A DNA stretch of 64,000 bases, from assembly GCA_964016885.1 (NCBI GenBank), contig OZ024751.1, positions 44,330,001 through 44,394,000 of the forward strand, in the 5' to 3' direction. The notes under the pieces are model-generated. The model was not told the DNA's origin. It ran no database searches and saw only the letters and a program-made list of their open reading frames with translations. Below are positions 42,001-60,023 of this stretch, one piece after another (position 1 is the first letter of the stretch; each line of letters begins with the position of its first letter). The stretch is from Eledone cirrhosa. Taxonomy: Eukaryota. Both the position numbers and the translations under genes were made by a program.

Positions 42001-42401
42001 ATATATATATATATATATATATAATTATTTTTTTCAAAGTAAAGGATGCTACCCAACACAACGTTTGCCCACCCGACACAACGTTTGCCCACCCGACACA
42101 CTAGGGGTATCATATCCGTATTTTTTTTCCCGAACGAACCGAGTCCACAGACGGAACCCTTTAGGAAAAAGCCGATGATCATTGCAGCTCGCCCTCTCCC
42201 TGGTAACTTCTACAGGTTAGCCTGAGTTGGTGCTGTTTTACCTAGACATAACTTAGCTACATACAAACAAATATATCTCCCTATATATACACACACACAC
42301 ATTATATATATATATATATATATACATATATACATCATTTTCACATTACATATATGAGGATGATAAAAGTGGTTTCATTAAAACTACTCTTTATACTGAT
42401 G

Positions 42402-42435
<34 letters not shown>

Positions 42436-42448
42436 ACAATTCCTTCGT

Positions 42449-42480
<32 letters not shown>

Positions 42481-42495
42481 AATTCCTTCGTTATA

Positions 42496-42527
<32 letters not shown>

Positions 42528-42590
42528 CCACAATTCCTTCGTTATATATATATATACCACAATTCCTTCGTTATATATTTATATATATAT

Positions 42591-42775
42591 AACGAAGGAA
42601 TTGTGGTAAGGAACCAGTTGGACCATAACGCACCAGAGTACTCAATACTTAGGGTCGCAGAGTGGGTAATAGGAAAAAGTATGACTCGGACGGCAGAGCT
42701 CAAGCCGTTTCGGCGGCTATTTCTAGAAATAGCCGCCGAAACGGCTTGAGCTCTGCCGTCGAGGTCATACTTTTT

Positions 42776-42780
<5 letters not shown>
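42591..42780 (-). mobile_element. Fold-back element family B
   Basis: Tail plus palindrome 42669-42780 centred on TTCTAGAA; (TA)n flanks. Confidence 0.8.
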
Positions 42781-42828
<48 letters not shown>

Positions 42829-43199
42829 CTACGAGATGATGAGACAGAATGAGCGAGAGAGAGCGAGAGAGAGAGAAGAAAAAAGAAAGTATATATAATG
42901 TGTGTGTGTGTGTATACATTCATACACATATATACATATACAGTCACACATATATGTAGAGAGAGAGAGAGAGAGAGGCAGGGAGGAATGCACATGTCAG
43001 GCAGAAGACATAACTACTCGATAACTTAGTTGTAAGCAAATCAAAATATCACATGGACAGTGTATACATATCTACACGTGTGTTTGTAATTATTTGTATA
43101 TAGTAATGTACAGAGGCATGTAATGTGCTGGAACGAATGTTTTACTGCGTTTATACACATAAATATACAATATATGTAGTCATGTGAAGTGAGTGCGTG

Positions 43200-43895
43200 T
43201 GTGTGTGTGTGTGTGCCTGTGTCTCTGTGTGCCTGTGTCTCTGTGTGCCTGTGTCTCTGTGTGCCTGTGTCTCTGTGTGCCTGTGTCTCTGTGTGCCTCT
43301 GTGTGCCTCTGTGTCTCTGTGTGCCTCTGTGTCTCTGTGTGCCTCTGTGTCTCTGTGTGCCTCTGTGTCTCTGTGTGCCTCTGTGTCTCTGTGTGCCTCT
43401 GTGTCTCTGTGTGCCTCTGTGTCTCTGTGTGCCTCTGTGTCTCTGTGTGCCTCTGTGTCTCTGTGTGCCTCTGTGTCTCTGTGTGCCTCTGTGTCTCTGT
43501 GTGCCTCTGTGTCTCTGTGTGCCTCTGTGTCTCTGTGTCTCTGTGTGCCTCTGTGTCTGTGTGCCTCTGTGTCTGTGTGCCTCTGTGTCTGTGTGCCTCT
43601 GTGTCTGTGTGCCTCTGTGTCTCTGTGTGCCTCTGTGTCTCTGTGTGCCTCTGTGTCTGTGTGCCTCTGTGTGTCTGTGTGCCTCTGTGCCTCTGTGTCT
43701 CTGTGTGTCTGTGTGTCTGTGTGTCTGTGTCTGTGTGTCTGTGTCTCTGTGTGTCTGTGTGTCTGTGTGTCTGTGTCTCTGTGTCTCTGTGTCTCTGTGT
43801 GTCTGTGTGTCTGTGTGTCTGTGTGTGTGTGTCTGCGTGTGTGTCTGTGTGTCTGTGTATGTGTGTGTGTATGCGTGTGTGTGCGCGCGTGTGCG
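43200..43895. repeat. GTGTCTCT/GTGTGCCTCT minisatellite
   Basis: Direct inspection. Confidence 0.92.
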
Positions 43896-43912
43896 CATAT
43901 ATATATATATAT

Positions 43913-44070
43913 GAAAAGAGCCAGGACCCCGACGGCTGAGCTCAAGCCGTTTCGACGCCCTGTGATAAAAAGGCGAAACCCAGGGCAACAAGATTAATTT
44001 TTTAGCCTTAATGAAAATATTAAAACTCTACTTCGGCATTGAGTACTTTCTCTCAGCCGTCAAACACATT

Positions 44071-44074
<4 letters not shown>
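43913..44074 (+). mobile_element. Chimeric family-B arm joined to a different tail
   Basis: GGACCCCGACGGCTGAGCTCAAGCCGTTTCGACG followed by an unrelated tail that still carries ACTCTAC...ATTGAGTAC; (TA)n flanks. Confidence 0.6.
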
Positions 44075-44114
<40 letters not shown>

Positions 44115-44158
44115 GGATAGATAGATATTTATATATAATTTATATATATATGTATATA

Positions 44159-44189
<31 letters not shown>

Positions 44190-44647
44190 CCGTGTCAAAA
44201 TGTAGGTTTCGAATATACACCTGTCAATTTACGAAGTGGGGAGGCAGGTGATTGTATTTGAGGTTGGTGTAGTCGATGATGACAAAGAGATGATAATTAG
44301 GATGATGAAGAAAGAGATTTTAGAAAAATGAATTGCAAGCAGAAAAGGTGATAACATAGATATTAGCTAGCTAGGTAGTAAATTAATAATAATAAAAAAA
44401 AAAAAAAGGTTGATAGAGAATTAAGGTAACTTGATTGGAAAGCTAGCTGGCTAAGATCGAAATCGGGAGGCGGTAAATAAAACTTCATATAAAACATATT
44501 AAGACAATAATGAAAATAGCAGCAACAATGATACCAATAACAGAATCAAATTGAAAGGAATTGAAAGAGAGGGAGAGAGAGAGAGGAATGAGTGGAAGAA
44601 AACTGATGACTATGTCTGTATATTCACTTATTGATTCTGCAAACATT

Positions 44648-44700
<53 letters not shown>

Positions 44701-45834
44701 GTTTCAACAATTAATGATTGAATATAGATATATAGGCATTCTTTATTAGTTCTCTTTCACTCATCAATGTGTACATATATATATAATATATATATATATA
44801 TTTATATATACATATTTATACATATATATATTTTTATACATATATATATCATATGCATATATATACATATATATGTATATATATACATATATATGTATAT
44901 ATCATACACATGCATATATCATACACATGCATATATCATACACATGCATATATATACACATAATTAGGTATAATCAAATTAGATTAATTAATCTATTTAC
45001 CGGCAGATGTTGGTTTAAATTCGTGCTTGATATTTTTATTGATTTTTTTTTTTTTTTTGTATTGTAATTTTTTTTTTTTTTACGAAGTAAGCTCCAAGGG
45101 ATCCAGTGTCCGTTCAGTAAGTTTCTTTTTTCATATATATATATACATATATATATAAATAAATAAATAAATAGTCACACAAAACCTATATGTATGTATG
45201 TGTGTATCTATGTTTGTGTCGACAGGCAGGCAGATATAAACCGGTAGTTATTAAATACAAGATTGTTTTGCTTATTGTTTCGTTTATGGATCCTTTTGTA
45301 GTGTTTGAACTTTTCTTCTGGGTTACCTTTCTATATGTTTATGTGCAAATATATAAATATATTATATATATATTATATATATATATATAGATATATATAT
45401 ATATATATATTGGTGATTCTGATGATGTGTGTAGTAGCTGTTGTATATAAAATTATGTTTATAGATATGTATATAATTTATATTTAAAGCATACAAAATT
45501 ATGTATATTTATATATATATATATATGTAAATATTAAATAAATATATTATAAATACATATATATATATATATATATATTTGTGTAAACTAATATTTATAG
45601 GAAGTGTAGGTGCTGCTTGTGTTTGTATATATAAATATATATATATGTGTGTGCGCAAGCGTGTGTATGATCTTGTCTTTCATACGCACTCTCCATCCCT
45701 CACACGCTCTCTCTCTCTCACTCTCTCTCTCCCTGCTCTAAGTCCGTCAGGTTGGTGTCTGATCGACTTGAAAGTTGTTCAAGTGCCTCGTTTGGTGCGG
45801 CTCAGAGCGTCGGGAATGACGGCTTTAGGTCCAC

Positions 45835-45910
45835 TCTTCAGCTGACTCCGAAACTCACAATTTTATAACATTCATTGAAAAGGGTAACACACAAACCGTC
45901 CAATCAGAAG
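45835..45910 (-). promoter_or_regulatory. Candidate Pol II core promoter (CCAAT box + TATA box)
   Basis: CCAATCAG at 45900-45907 and TATAAAA on the minus strand at 45867-45861, in a short unique CpG-richer island between microsatellites. Confidence 0.35.
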
Positions 45911-46526
45911 CGGCTTAAAAAAAAAAATGTACTCAAGCAAATAGAATACACACACACGAACACACATACAAATATATATATATATATTTGTATATATATA
46001 TTTGTATATATATATTTGTATATATATATATATATACATATATAAACAAATATATACATATATATATATATATGTATATATATATACATACACAAACCAC
46101 AGACACATATATATGAACTCACGTATATATGTATGTATACAAACATATATGTGTACATACACACACAGACATATATATATGTATGAATGAACTCGCGTAT
46201 ATATGTATGTATAAAAACATATATGTATACATACACACACACAGACACACATATATATGAATGAACTCACGTATATATGTATGTATACAAACATATGTAT
46301 ACACACACAGATACACATATATATGAACTCACGTATATATGTATGTATACAAACATATGTATACATACGCACACAGACATTATATGAACTCACGTATATA
46401 TGTATATACAGACACACATCTATATATGAACTCACGTATATATGTATACACATACACACATCTCTCTCTCTATATATATATATAAACTCACGTATATATA
46501 TAGAGAGAGATATGTATGTATGTAAG

Positions 46527-46572
<46 letters not shown>

Positions 46573-46576
46573 CACA

Positions 46577-46623
<47 letters not shown>

Positions 46624-46749
46624 CAGAAATGTACATTCGGAAATAAATATATATACACACACAGACATATCTACCCATGTATATATATATATGCACACAC
46701 ACACACATAAATAAAGGTATTAAATTAGCACTCGTAAAACACTAGTGCG

Positions 46750-51980
<5,231 letters not shown>

Positions 51981-52072
51981 GCCTACCCGTTCATATTAAT
52001 ATACACACGTACATATGTTCCCACACAAACACCTACACACGTACACACGTACACGACCGGCTAGACACGCTT

Positions 52073-52103
<31 letters not shown>

Positions 52104-52524
52104 CACACACACAAGATAGAAACGGTATAAACAAAGTAGTAGATAGTAGTGGTAGTATGAGGGAAAGGAACAAACCTATCGGCCACACTCCCCCCTCCAC
52201 TATGTATATGTTTATGAATGTATATACATACACACATACACACACACATGAAACTAGCATACGTGTGTGTATGTTTATAAATGTACACACACTCATATAT
52301 ATATATACGAGGCATATGTGTGTATGTTTATAAATGTATATACACACACTATATATATATATACGAGGCATATGTGTGTATGTTTATAAATGTATATACA
52401 CACACTATATATATATATACGAGGCATATGTGTGTATGTTTATAAATGTATATACACACACTATATATATATATATATATATATATACGAGGCATATGTG
52501 TGTATGTTTATAAATGTATATACA

Positions 52525-52565
<41 letters not shown>

Positions 52566-52803
52566 TACACATATATATACACACATGCACATATCTAACA
52601 AGCATGTGTGTGCGTATGTATATATGTTATCCACACAGACACATAAATATATATATACATACACGCACATACCTAACAAGCGTATCTATTTACGTTACAC
52701 ACACACATATATGTGTGTGCGTGTGTGTTCATATATATCAGCATACTACATTTTTTATGTGTCAATATATATACACGTGTGTTTGTATTATGTTTTGTGT
52801 ATA

Positions 52804-53240
52804 GGCGATGACATGGCTATGAGGTTAAAGAGTTCAGTTCACAGCCCCGTGGTACAGTGGTTCGATCACTCTCTGAGGTACCTAGGGTACGTTTAGTTCA
52901 CAGTCCCGTGGTACAGTGGTTCGATCTCACTGTGAGGTACCTAGGGTAAGTTCAATCCCGTGGTACAGTGGTTCGATCTCACTGTGAGGTACCTAGGGTA
53001 AGTTCAGTTCACAGCCTCGTGGTACAGTGGTTCGATCTGCCTGTGAGGTACCTAGGGTAAGTTCAGTTCACAGCCTCGTACTACAGTGGTTCGATCTCTC
53101 TCTGAGGTATCTAGGGTACGTTCAGTTCACAGCCCCGTGGTACAGTGGTTCGATCTCTCTGAGGTACCTAGGGTACGTTCAGTTCACAGCCCCGTGGTAC
53201 ACGGAACGTAGGGTAAATGTCTTCAGCTACAGGTTTGGCT
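52804..53240 (+). repeat. SINE head with internal ~59-bp tandem amplification (6 B boxes)
   Basis: Unit GTTCAGTTCACAGCCCCGTGGTACAGTGGTTCGATCTCACTGTGAGGTACCTAGGGTA(A/C), about 6.5 copies, downstream of an A-box-like TGGCTATGAGG. Confidence 0.8.
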
Positions 53241-53264
53241 TGCGACATTTAGTAGACGATAAGG

Positions 53265-54110
53265 GTGTGTGTGTGTGTCGGTGTGTGTGTGTCGGTGTGT
53301 GTGTGTGTGTCGGTGTGTGTGTGTGTGTCGGTGTGTGTGTGTGTGTCGGTGTGTGTGTGTGTGTCGGTGTGTGTGTGTTGGTGTGTGTGTGTGTGTGTGT
53401 GGTGTGTGTGTGTGTGTGTGTGTTGGTGTGTGTGTGTTGGTGTGTGTGTGTTGGTGTGTGTGTGTGTGTGTTGGTGTGTGTGTGTGTGTGTTGGTGTGTG
53501 TGTGTGTGTGTTGGTGTGTGTGTGTGTGTGTTGGTGTGTGTGTGTGTGTGTTGGTGTGTGTGTGTGTGTTGGTGTGTGTGTGTGTTGGTGTGTGTGTGTG
53601 TTGGTGTGTGTGTGTGTTGGTGTGTGTGTATGTTGGTGTGTGTGTATGTTGGTGTGTGTGTATGTTGGTGTGTGTGTATGTTGGTGTGTGTGTATGTTGG
53701 TGTGTGTGTATGTTGGTGTGTGTGTATGTTGGTGTGTGTGTATGTTGGTGTGTGTGTATGTTGGTGTGTGTGTATGTTGGTGTGTGTGTATGTTGGTGTG
53801 TGTGTATGTCGGTGTGTGTGTATGTCGGTGTGTGTGTATGTCGGTGTGTGTGTATGTCGGTGTGTGTGTATGTCGGTGTGTGTGTATGTTGGTGTGTGTG
53901 TATGTTGGTGTGTGTGTATGTTGGTGTGTGTGTATGTCGGTGTGTGTGTGTGTGTCGGTGTGTATGTGTGTGCGGGTGTGTGTGTATGTCGGTGTGTGTG
54001 TGTGTGCGGGTGTGTGTGTGTATGTCGGTGTGTGTGTGCATGTCGGTGTGTGTGTGTGTGTGCATGTCGGTGTGTGTGTATGCGTGTGCTGGTGTGTGTG
54101 TGTATATATC
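53265..54110. repeat. (GT)n-derived minisatellite GTGTGTGTATGT(T/C)G
   Basis: Direct inspection. Confidence 0.92.
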
Positions 54111-54637
54111 AGTGTGTGTTTACGTCTATACAACGTAACAATCGTTGTTTGTTTGTTGTTTATGTTAGATGCAATATTAGTTCGATAAATATAGATCGAT
54201 AAAAATAAAGTGATCGACTAAACCCTTGAGCGATACCGGTAATAGAACACACACAGAGACACACACCCACCCACCCACACACACACACACGGAGACACAC
54301 ACAGAGAGAGGCACCCCTCCCCCACGCAGAGACACACACAGAGACACACACGGAGACACAGACCCCCCCCACACGCAGAGACACACACCCAGAGACACAC
54401 TGAGACACACACTGAGACACACACAGAGACACACACAGAGACACACCCCCACACGCAGAGACACACACACCCACCCACACACACAGAGACACCCACCCAC
54501 ACGCAGAGACACACACTGAGACACACACACCCAGACACACGGACACACACACTCGTCTTGACAGTGGTCCGTGTGCTTCTACAGTACACACCATGTGTGA
54601 GGTTCAAATTAGATACAGCCATCTTTTTCTCTTATTT

Positions 54638-54672
<35 letters not shown>

Positions 54673-54677
<5 letters not shown>

Positions 54678-54864
54678 AACAAGTAAGACCCCGACGGCTG
54701 AGCTCAAGCCGTTTCGACGGCTAATTCTAGACTGAATTAGCCGTCGAAACGGCTTGAGCTCAGCCGTCGGGGTCTTACTTGTTCCTATTACCCACTCTAC
54801 TACCCTAAGTATTGAGTACTTTGGTGCGTTATGGTCCACCTGGTTCCTTACCACATTTCCTTCG

Positions 54865-54867
<3 letters not shown>
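54673..54867 (+). mobile_element. Fold-back element family B (perfect 55-bp inverted arms + 79-nt tail) in (TA)n
   Basis: 54673-54727 is the exact reverse complement of 54734-54788. Tail ...CACTCTACTACCCTAAGTATTGAGTAC...TTCCTTCGTTA then (TA)n. Confidence 0.8.
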
Positions 54868-54920
<53 letters not shown>

Positions 54921-55055
54921 GAGTTAAACAAGATTCAATGAGTATATCAGAGAATGTGTTTTACAGTAGATTGGAAGCACTCTACGAGAAATAATTTTCC
55001 AGAGTTAATATTAAAATACAAATATTAATAAAAAAGATGTTCTTTTGATCAATTA

Positions 55056-55110
55056 CATTTTATTATACATATTTCGGAGGTACAACAGTACGTCCTCATC
55101 AGACAAAATA
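55056..55110 (-). ncRNA. Minimal type-I hammerhead ribozyme motif
   Basis: UAUUUUGU-CUGAUGA-GGACGUAC(UGUU)GUACCUCC-GAAA-UA(UG)UAU-A|AUAAAAUG. Intact core, stem II of 7 pairs with one mismatch, short near-palindromic stem III, AUA cleavage triplet, 8-pair stem I (two G-U). Confidence 0.7.
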
Positions 55111-55212
55111 TAATGATACATGACATACCCTGAGATGTTAAATGGTTAAGATTATATATTTATTTATCATAAATTTTTTTTTTTTACCATTAAACATACA
55201 TACATATATATA

Positions 55213-55313
55213 CAGGGTGTCTCCCAAAATGTATACACACTTTGATTACCTGTACAGGCAATATTTATTAGAATGTTGTTGAAGTGTGTATAGGTTTTTT
55301 GGGGGACACCCTA
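55213..55313. mobile_element. Tc1/mariner-type MITE
   Basis: TA|CAGGGTGTCTCCCAAAA..TATACACACTT ... AAGTGTGTATA..TTTTGGGGGACACCCTA|TA: about 30-bp imperfect TIRs with TA flanks. Confidence 0.75.
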
Positions 55314-55457
55314 TATATAAATATTATGTGTGTGTATGTGTGTGTGTGTGTGTGTTACTCACATAACCAAGGGACCTGAACAGCAAATTTCACAAAGAGA
55401 AAGCGTGAAAGAGAGATAGGGAAAGAGAGAAAGGGATATATATATATATATATCCCT

Positions 55458-55507
<50 letters not shown>

Positions 55508-55723
55508 AGAGAGAGAGAGGGAAAGAAAGAAAGGGATATATATATATATAGAGAGAGAAAGAAAGAAAGAAATATATATATATATAGAGAGAGAAAGAAA
55601 GAAAGAAAGAAAGAAAGAGAGAAAGAAAGAAAGAAAGAAAGAGAGAAAGAAAGAGAAAGAAAGAGAGAAAGAAAGAAAGAAAGAAAGAGAGAAAGAAAGA
55701 GAGAAAGAAAGAAAGAAAGAGAG

Positions 55724-55759
<36 letters not shown>

Positions 55760-56295
55760 CGCTACGAAGAATCGAACCCAGTAGTGGAATCGACCGAAGT
55801 GGAATTTTATTGATGTTTAGATTTAGATGAAGAAAAAAGAAGGCATCTGTGACCTCAGTAGAATTTGAACTGAGAGAGTAGGAATTGTCAATATCACCTA
55901 TTCTATACTATATGACAGTACTAAAACGTGAAGACATTGTCCTTGTTTCAGCTAACGTTGACCCTGACTGACCATAGCTATCTTATCAAATATTTCATTA
56001 ATATATCTTTAGCAGATCGACCGACCAAGCCGACTGTTTTAATTGCGTGTGTGCTTTCCTATATTTTAATATATATATATATATATATACACCTTCCGTA
56101 TCAATATATAGCTGTGTTAGTGTTTGCATACACACACAAACAAACACACCACATATATCCATGCTTCTGTGAGCGGGAACACAGAGAGAGAGAGAGATAG
56201 AGAGAGAAAGAGAGAGAGTGAGTGTGTGTGTACACAGATAGAGAGAGAGAGATACCTAGGTCCCTCGCTCCGTACATATAGACACTCATATAAAT

Positions 56296-56348
<53 letters not shown>

Positions 56349-57501
56349 TATATAAATAAAAGAAATCAGTCAAGTGCCAGTCATATATTAGGTCGATATA
56401 ATCAACTAACGTCTGTCCCATTACCCAGACTTCTTGTCTTTGGTCAACGAAAGAAAACACGTCTTATCATTGCTGTAATACAAACCAAATGTATTTTCAG
56501 TCATTGTAACGTTCTCTTTATCTTTCGCCCTTCTGGCAAATAACAGATAATACTATCGTTAAAACGTGAATAGAAGGATTTGTAGTGTTTGTTCCGGCTC
56601 TTTTATATTTTGAGTTCAAATCCTGCCGAGGTCTAGTTCGATTTTCATCCTTCGGGGGGTGATGGGAAGGGGGCAATAGAATATACAATCAGTGAAAGTA
56701 CTGGGGATCGATGTCATCAACTTACCCCTCTCCAACTTCCCCCACCCTTTTCTCCTACTTCCCCATCCCCTTTTCCCCAATCCATCCCCCTCTCTTCCCC
56801 AATTTACTCGTCCCCTCTACCCCAACTTACCCGTCCCCTCTTCCCCAACTTACCCCATCCCCTCCCCCCATAAATTGCTGGCTTTGTGCGAATGTTATTA
56901 GCAATGTTCTCTTTATATAACTGTGCTGGCTCTGGGTCCGGCAGATTCTTTCGCTTTGAATCTTCACCGTCTCTCATTCCTCCATCAATAGAATTGTTAA
57001 AAGCCACCCCGCCCCTCTCTCACACACCCTCACACACACACAATATAAAAGACCAATGAAATAAGTACTAGGGTCGATATAACCGATTAAACCAAGGCGG
57101 TACCCAGCATGGCCGTTGTCTAATGACAGAGTTTTCAAGTCGCTGGCTGGACTAAAAAGTCACACTCGTTCAGCGCGGTAGGGTTCTCCTACATGACTAT
57201 AAAGTAGTGGCCGTACTCGAAAACGAGTTGGCAGCCACCATGCATACATACATGCATGCATGCATGCATGCATGCAGAGAGAGAGAGAGAGTATGTATTT
57301 ATACATGCTTGCGTGTGTGTCCATCCCTACATATATGATATAACAGGTTGTCGTGTATAGACTGTGGTATCAATATTTTGAGTATGTCGTATCTGTGTCA
57401 GTTACTGACAACTGATTGATTAGACCGCAGTATATTACTGCTACTATTGGTAGATTTAGAATAGGATCTTCCACCCTTAACTGGGCATCGTAACAATAAT
57501 G

Positions 57502-58235
57502 ATAATGGTTTCTGATTTAGACACAAGGTCTGCAATGTTAGGGGAGGGGAAAGTCTACTAAATCGACCCAGTGCATGACTGGTACTTTATTTTATCGACC
57601 CCCGTAAGGATGTAAGGCAAAGTTAACCTCGGCGGGATTTGAACTCAGACCGTAAAATGCCGTAACTCTATGCTGCAAAGCATGGCGTCCGACCCTCTAC
57701 CGATACTGCCAATCCACCGCCCTCGAGTATCTTAATAATGGTTTCTTATATAGGCACAAGGCCAGCAATTTTGGGAGAGGTGAAAGCCGATTAAATCGAC
57801 CTCAGTGCGTGACTGGTTCTTTATTTTATCGATCCCGTCAGTATGAAAGGTAAAGCTAAGATAATTGTTCCTATTTTTAGGCACAAGGCCAACAATTACC
57901 CAGTACATTACTGCACTTTATTTTATCGACCCCGTAAGGATGAAAGGCAAAGTTAACCTCGGCGGGATTTGAACTCAGATCATAAAGGGACGTAACTCTG
58001 TGCTTCAAAGCATGGTGTCCGACTCTCTACCGATACTGCCAGCTAAAATAATTGTTTCTACTATTGGCACAAGGCCAGCAATACCCAGTACATTACTGGT
58101 ACTTTATTTTATCGACCCCGTAAGGATGAAAGGCAAAGTTAACCTTGGCGGGATTTGAACTCAGAATGGCAAGGGCCGTAACTATGCGTCAAAGCATGGC
58201 GTCCGATCCTCTACCGATACTGCCAATCCACCGCC
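57502..58235 (-). mobile_element. Tandem cluster of four family-1 SINEs
   Basis: Repeated TTTCTA..GGCACAAGGCCAGCAA..CTTTATTTTATCGACCCCGTAAGGATGAAAGGCAAAGTTAACCTCGGCGGGATTTGAACTCAG units. Confidence 0.85.
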
Positions 58236-59360
58236 CTTAAAATAATGCAAGGCAGTAACTATTCCGCTCATACAACAAGTGATTACATTCTATGAAAGCC
58301 TTATAGGATAGATTTCTCTTAACATATACATAAAGAGTACTACTACCTTACAAAGAAGCAAATTGACATGCCTGAGTATGGTCTAATATGGTATGGTCCC
58401 GTAACTACTAATGGAGTCGTAGGGACGCCGTAGTGACATAAGCGTTCCTTGAGCATTTTAAGCCAGGCGGCGGGGGGGGGGGGGGGGTCCATATCTCTCC
58501 ATGTCTGAATACAACAGTTTTCCTCGGGGGGGGGGGGGAAATAGGATTGAAATTGTGAAAGAGATATAGAGGAATAATTGACAGATACTTTTTTTTTTTT
58601 ATCGACCTCGAAAGAAGGATGAAAGGCAAAGTTGACCTCGGTGGGATTTGAACTCGGAGAGCCAAGAGCCGGAACGAATACCGCTTGTTCGACATTCTAA
58701 CGACTGGCAATTCAACGCCAGTAACTTGAGAATGAAGCAAATAGTGACAGAGAGTGTAGTAGTAGAAGCACTAGGATTCATGATAGATAACATCATAGTT
58801 TTAAGTTTGAATAAATATTCTTTCAATTGGGCACAATTCCTGTTATTGGAGCTACATGCGATAAAATGTTAGTTTATTGAAATAGCTGATTCAAACAGCC
58901 GGCTCACCTCTTTCTCCACACTTTTACCATTTTGTCTTACTGCAAACTGAAGGTGTGTCATGAAATTCACTTCAGGTGAGAAGTAATTAAAAAATTAAAA
59001 GCTTTTTATATTTTTCACTGGAACCAACAACACCGAGTAACCTATACCACTTACCCCCCACCCACCCAATGACACAAAGCCTGGACAGTGTGGGAGAAGG
59101 TTCTCTGGCCTGTAGAACCCACAGCGCAAGTCGCTTTGTGTTCCCTGTGGACAAAATAAAGAAAGTGATATGATGGAGGGTAGCAAGGGAGACCCGCAGA
59201 AATAGCAATTCAAGCTTGCAATGCTCACTCGTACGGGTGGCAAACTCCGCCCCGATAGCAGCGAATGGGGAGGTGGTTATAATTCTGCTGTCCAAGATCG
59301 GGACATAAATAGCTACAAAAGAGACGCTAGACGAAGTCAACGGTGGAGCATAGAAAACCT

Positions 59361-59651
59361 TAATTGTTTCTACTTTAGGCACAAGGCCAGCAAATTACCC
59401 AGTGCATTACTGGTATTTTATTTTATCGACCCCGTAAGGATGAAAGGCAAAGTCAACCTCGGCGGGATTTGAACTCAGATCATAAAGGGACGTAACTATG
59501 CTGGAAAGCATGGCGTCCGACCCTCTACCGATACTGCCAATGCGACCAAAGATTATAACTGTTTCTACTTTTGGCACAGGGCCAGAAATTACCCCAGTGC
59601 ATTACTGGTACTTTATTTTATCGACTCCGTAAGGATGAAAGGCGAAGTTAT
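59361..59651 (-). mobile_element. Two family-1 SINEs (one near full length, one 5'-truncated)
   Basis: Same consensus as 11706-11895. Confidence 0.85.
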
Positions 59652-60023
59652 TACACACACACACACATATACAATTTGAAAACCGATGGACCTCCGTCGG
59701 TTTCGAGGATAAGTGTTCCAGTTTGAACGGTCTACTCGGGCAATGACCGGCAAGTGGGTGAACATCCCACAGACACGTGTACATTTACTGTAATTCTCAG
59801 GGAGACTCAGCGAGACAGTGAGTGACAAGACTAGCTTTTCGAATAACAGGCACAGTTCATCCGATGGCTTCCCAGTTTCATTCACAAGACATGGGCTACA
59901 CGTGGCTATAGAAAATGTCACTTGCTGATGAGGTCACGCAGTGAGATAGAATATGGGCCCTCAGCGTTGTGAAGCAAATTCCTTAATTCCCTACCCCCTT
60001 CTCTCTCATATATATATATATAT

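Noticed and set aside
42432-42573. Repeat-spacer pattern resembling CRISPR
   Set aside because: The spacers are only (TA)n and the repeats are an element terminus.
52830-53200. CRISPR-like regularly spaced repeat
   Set aside because: Whole units repeat without unique spacers; eukaryotic context, no cas genes, and SINE-derived.
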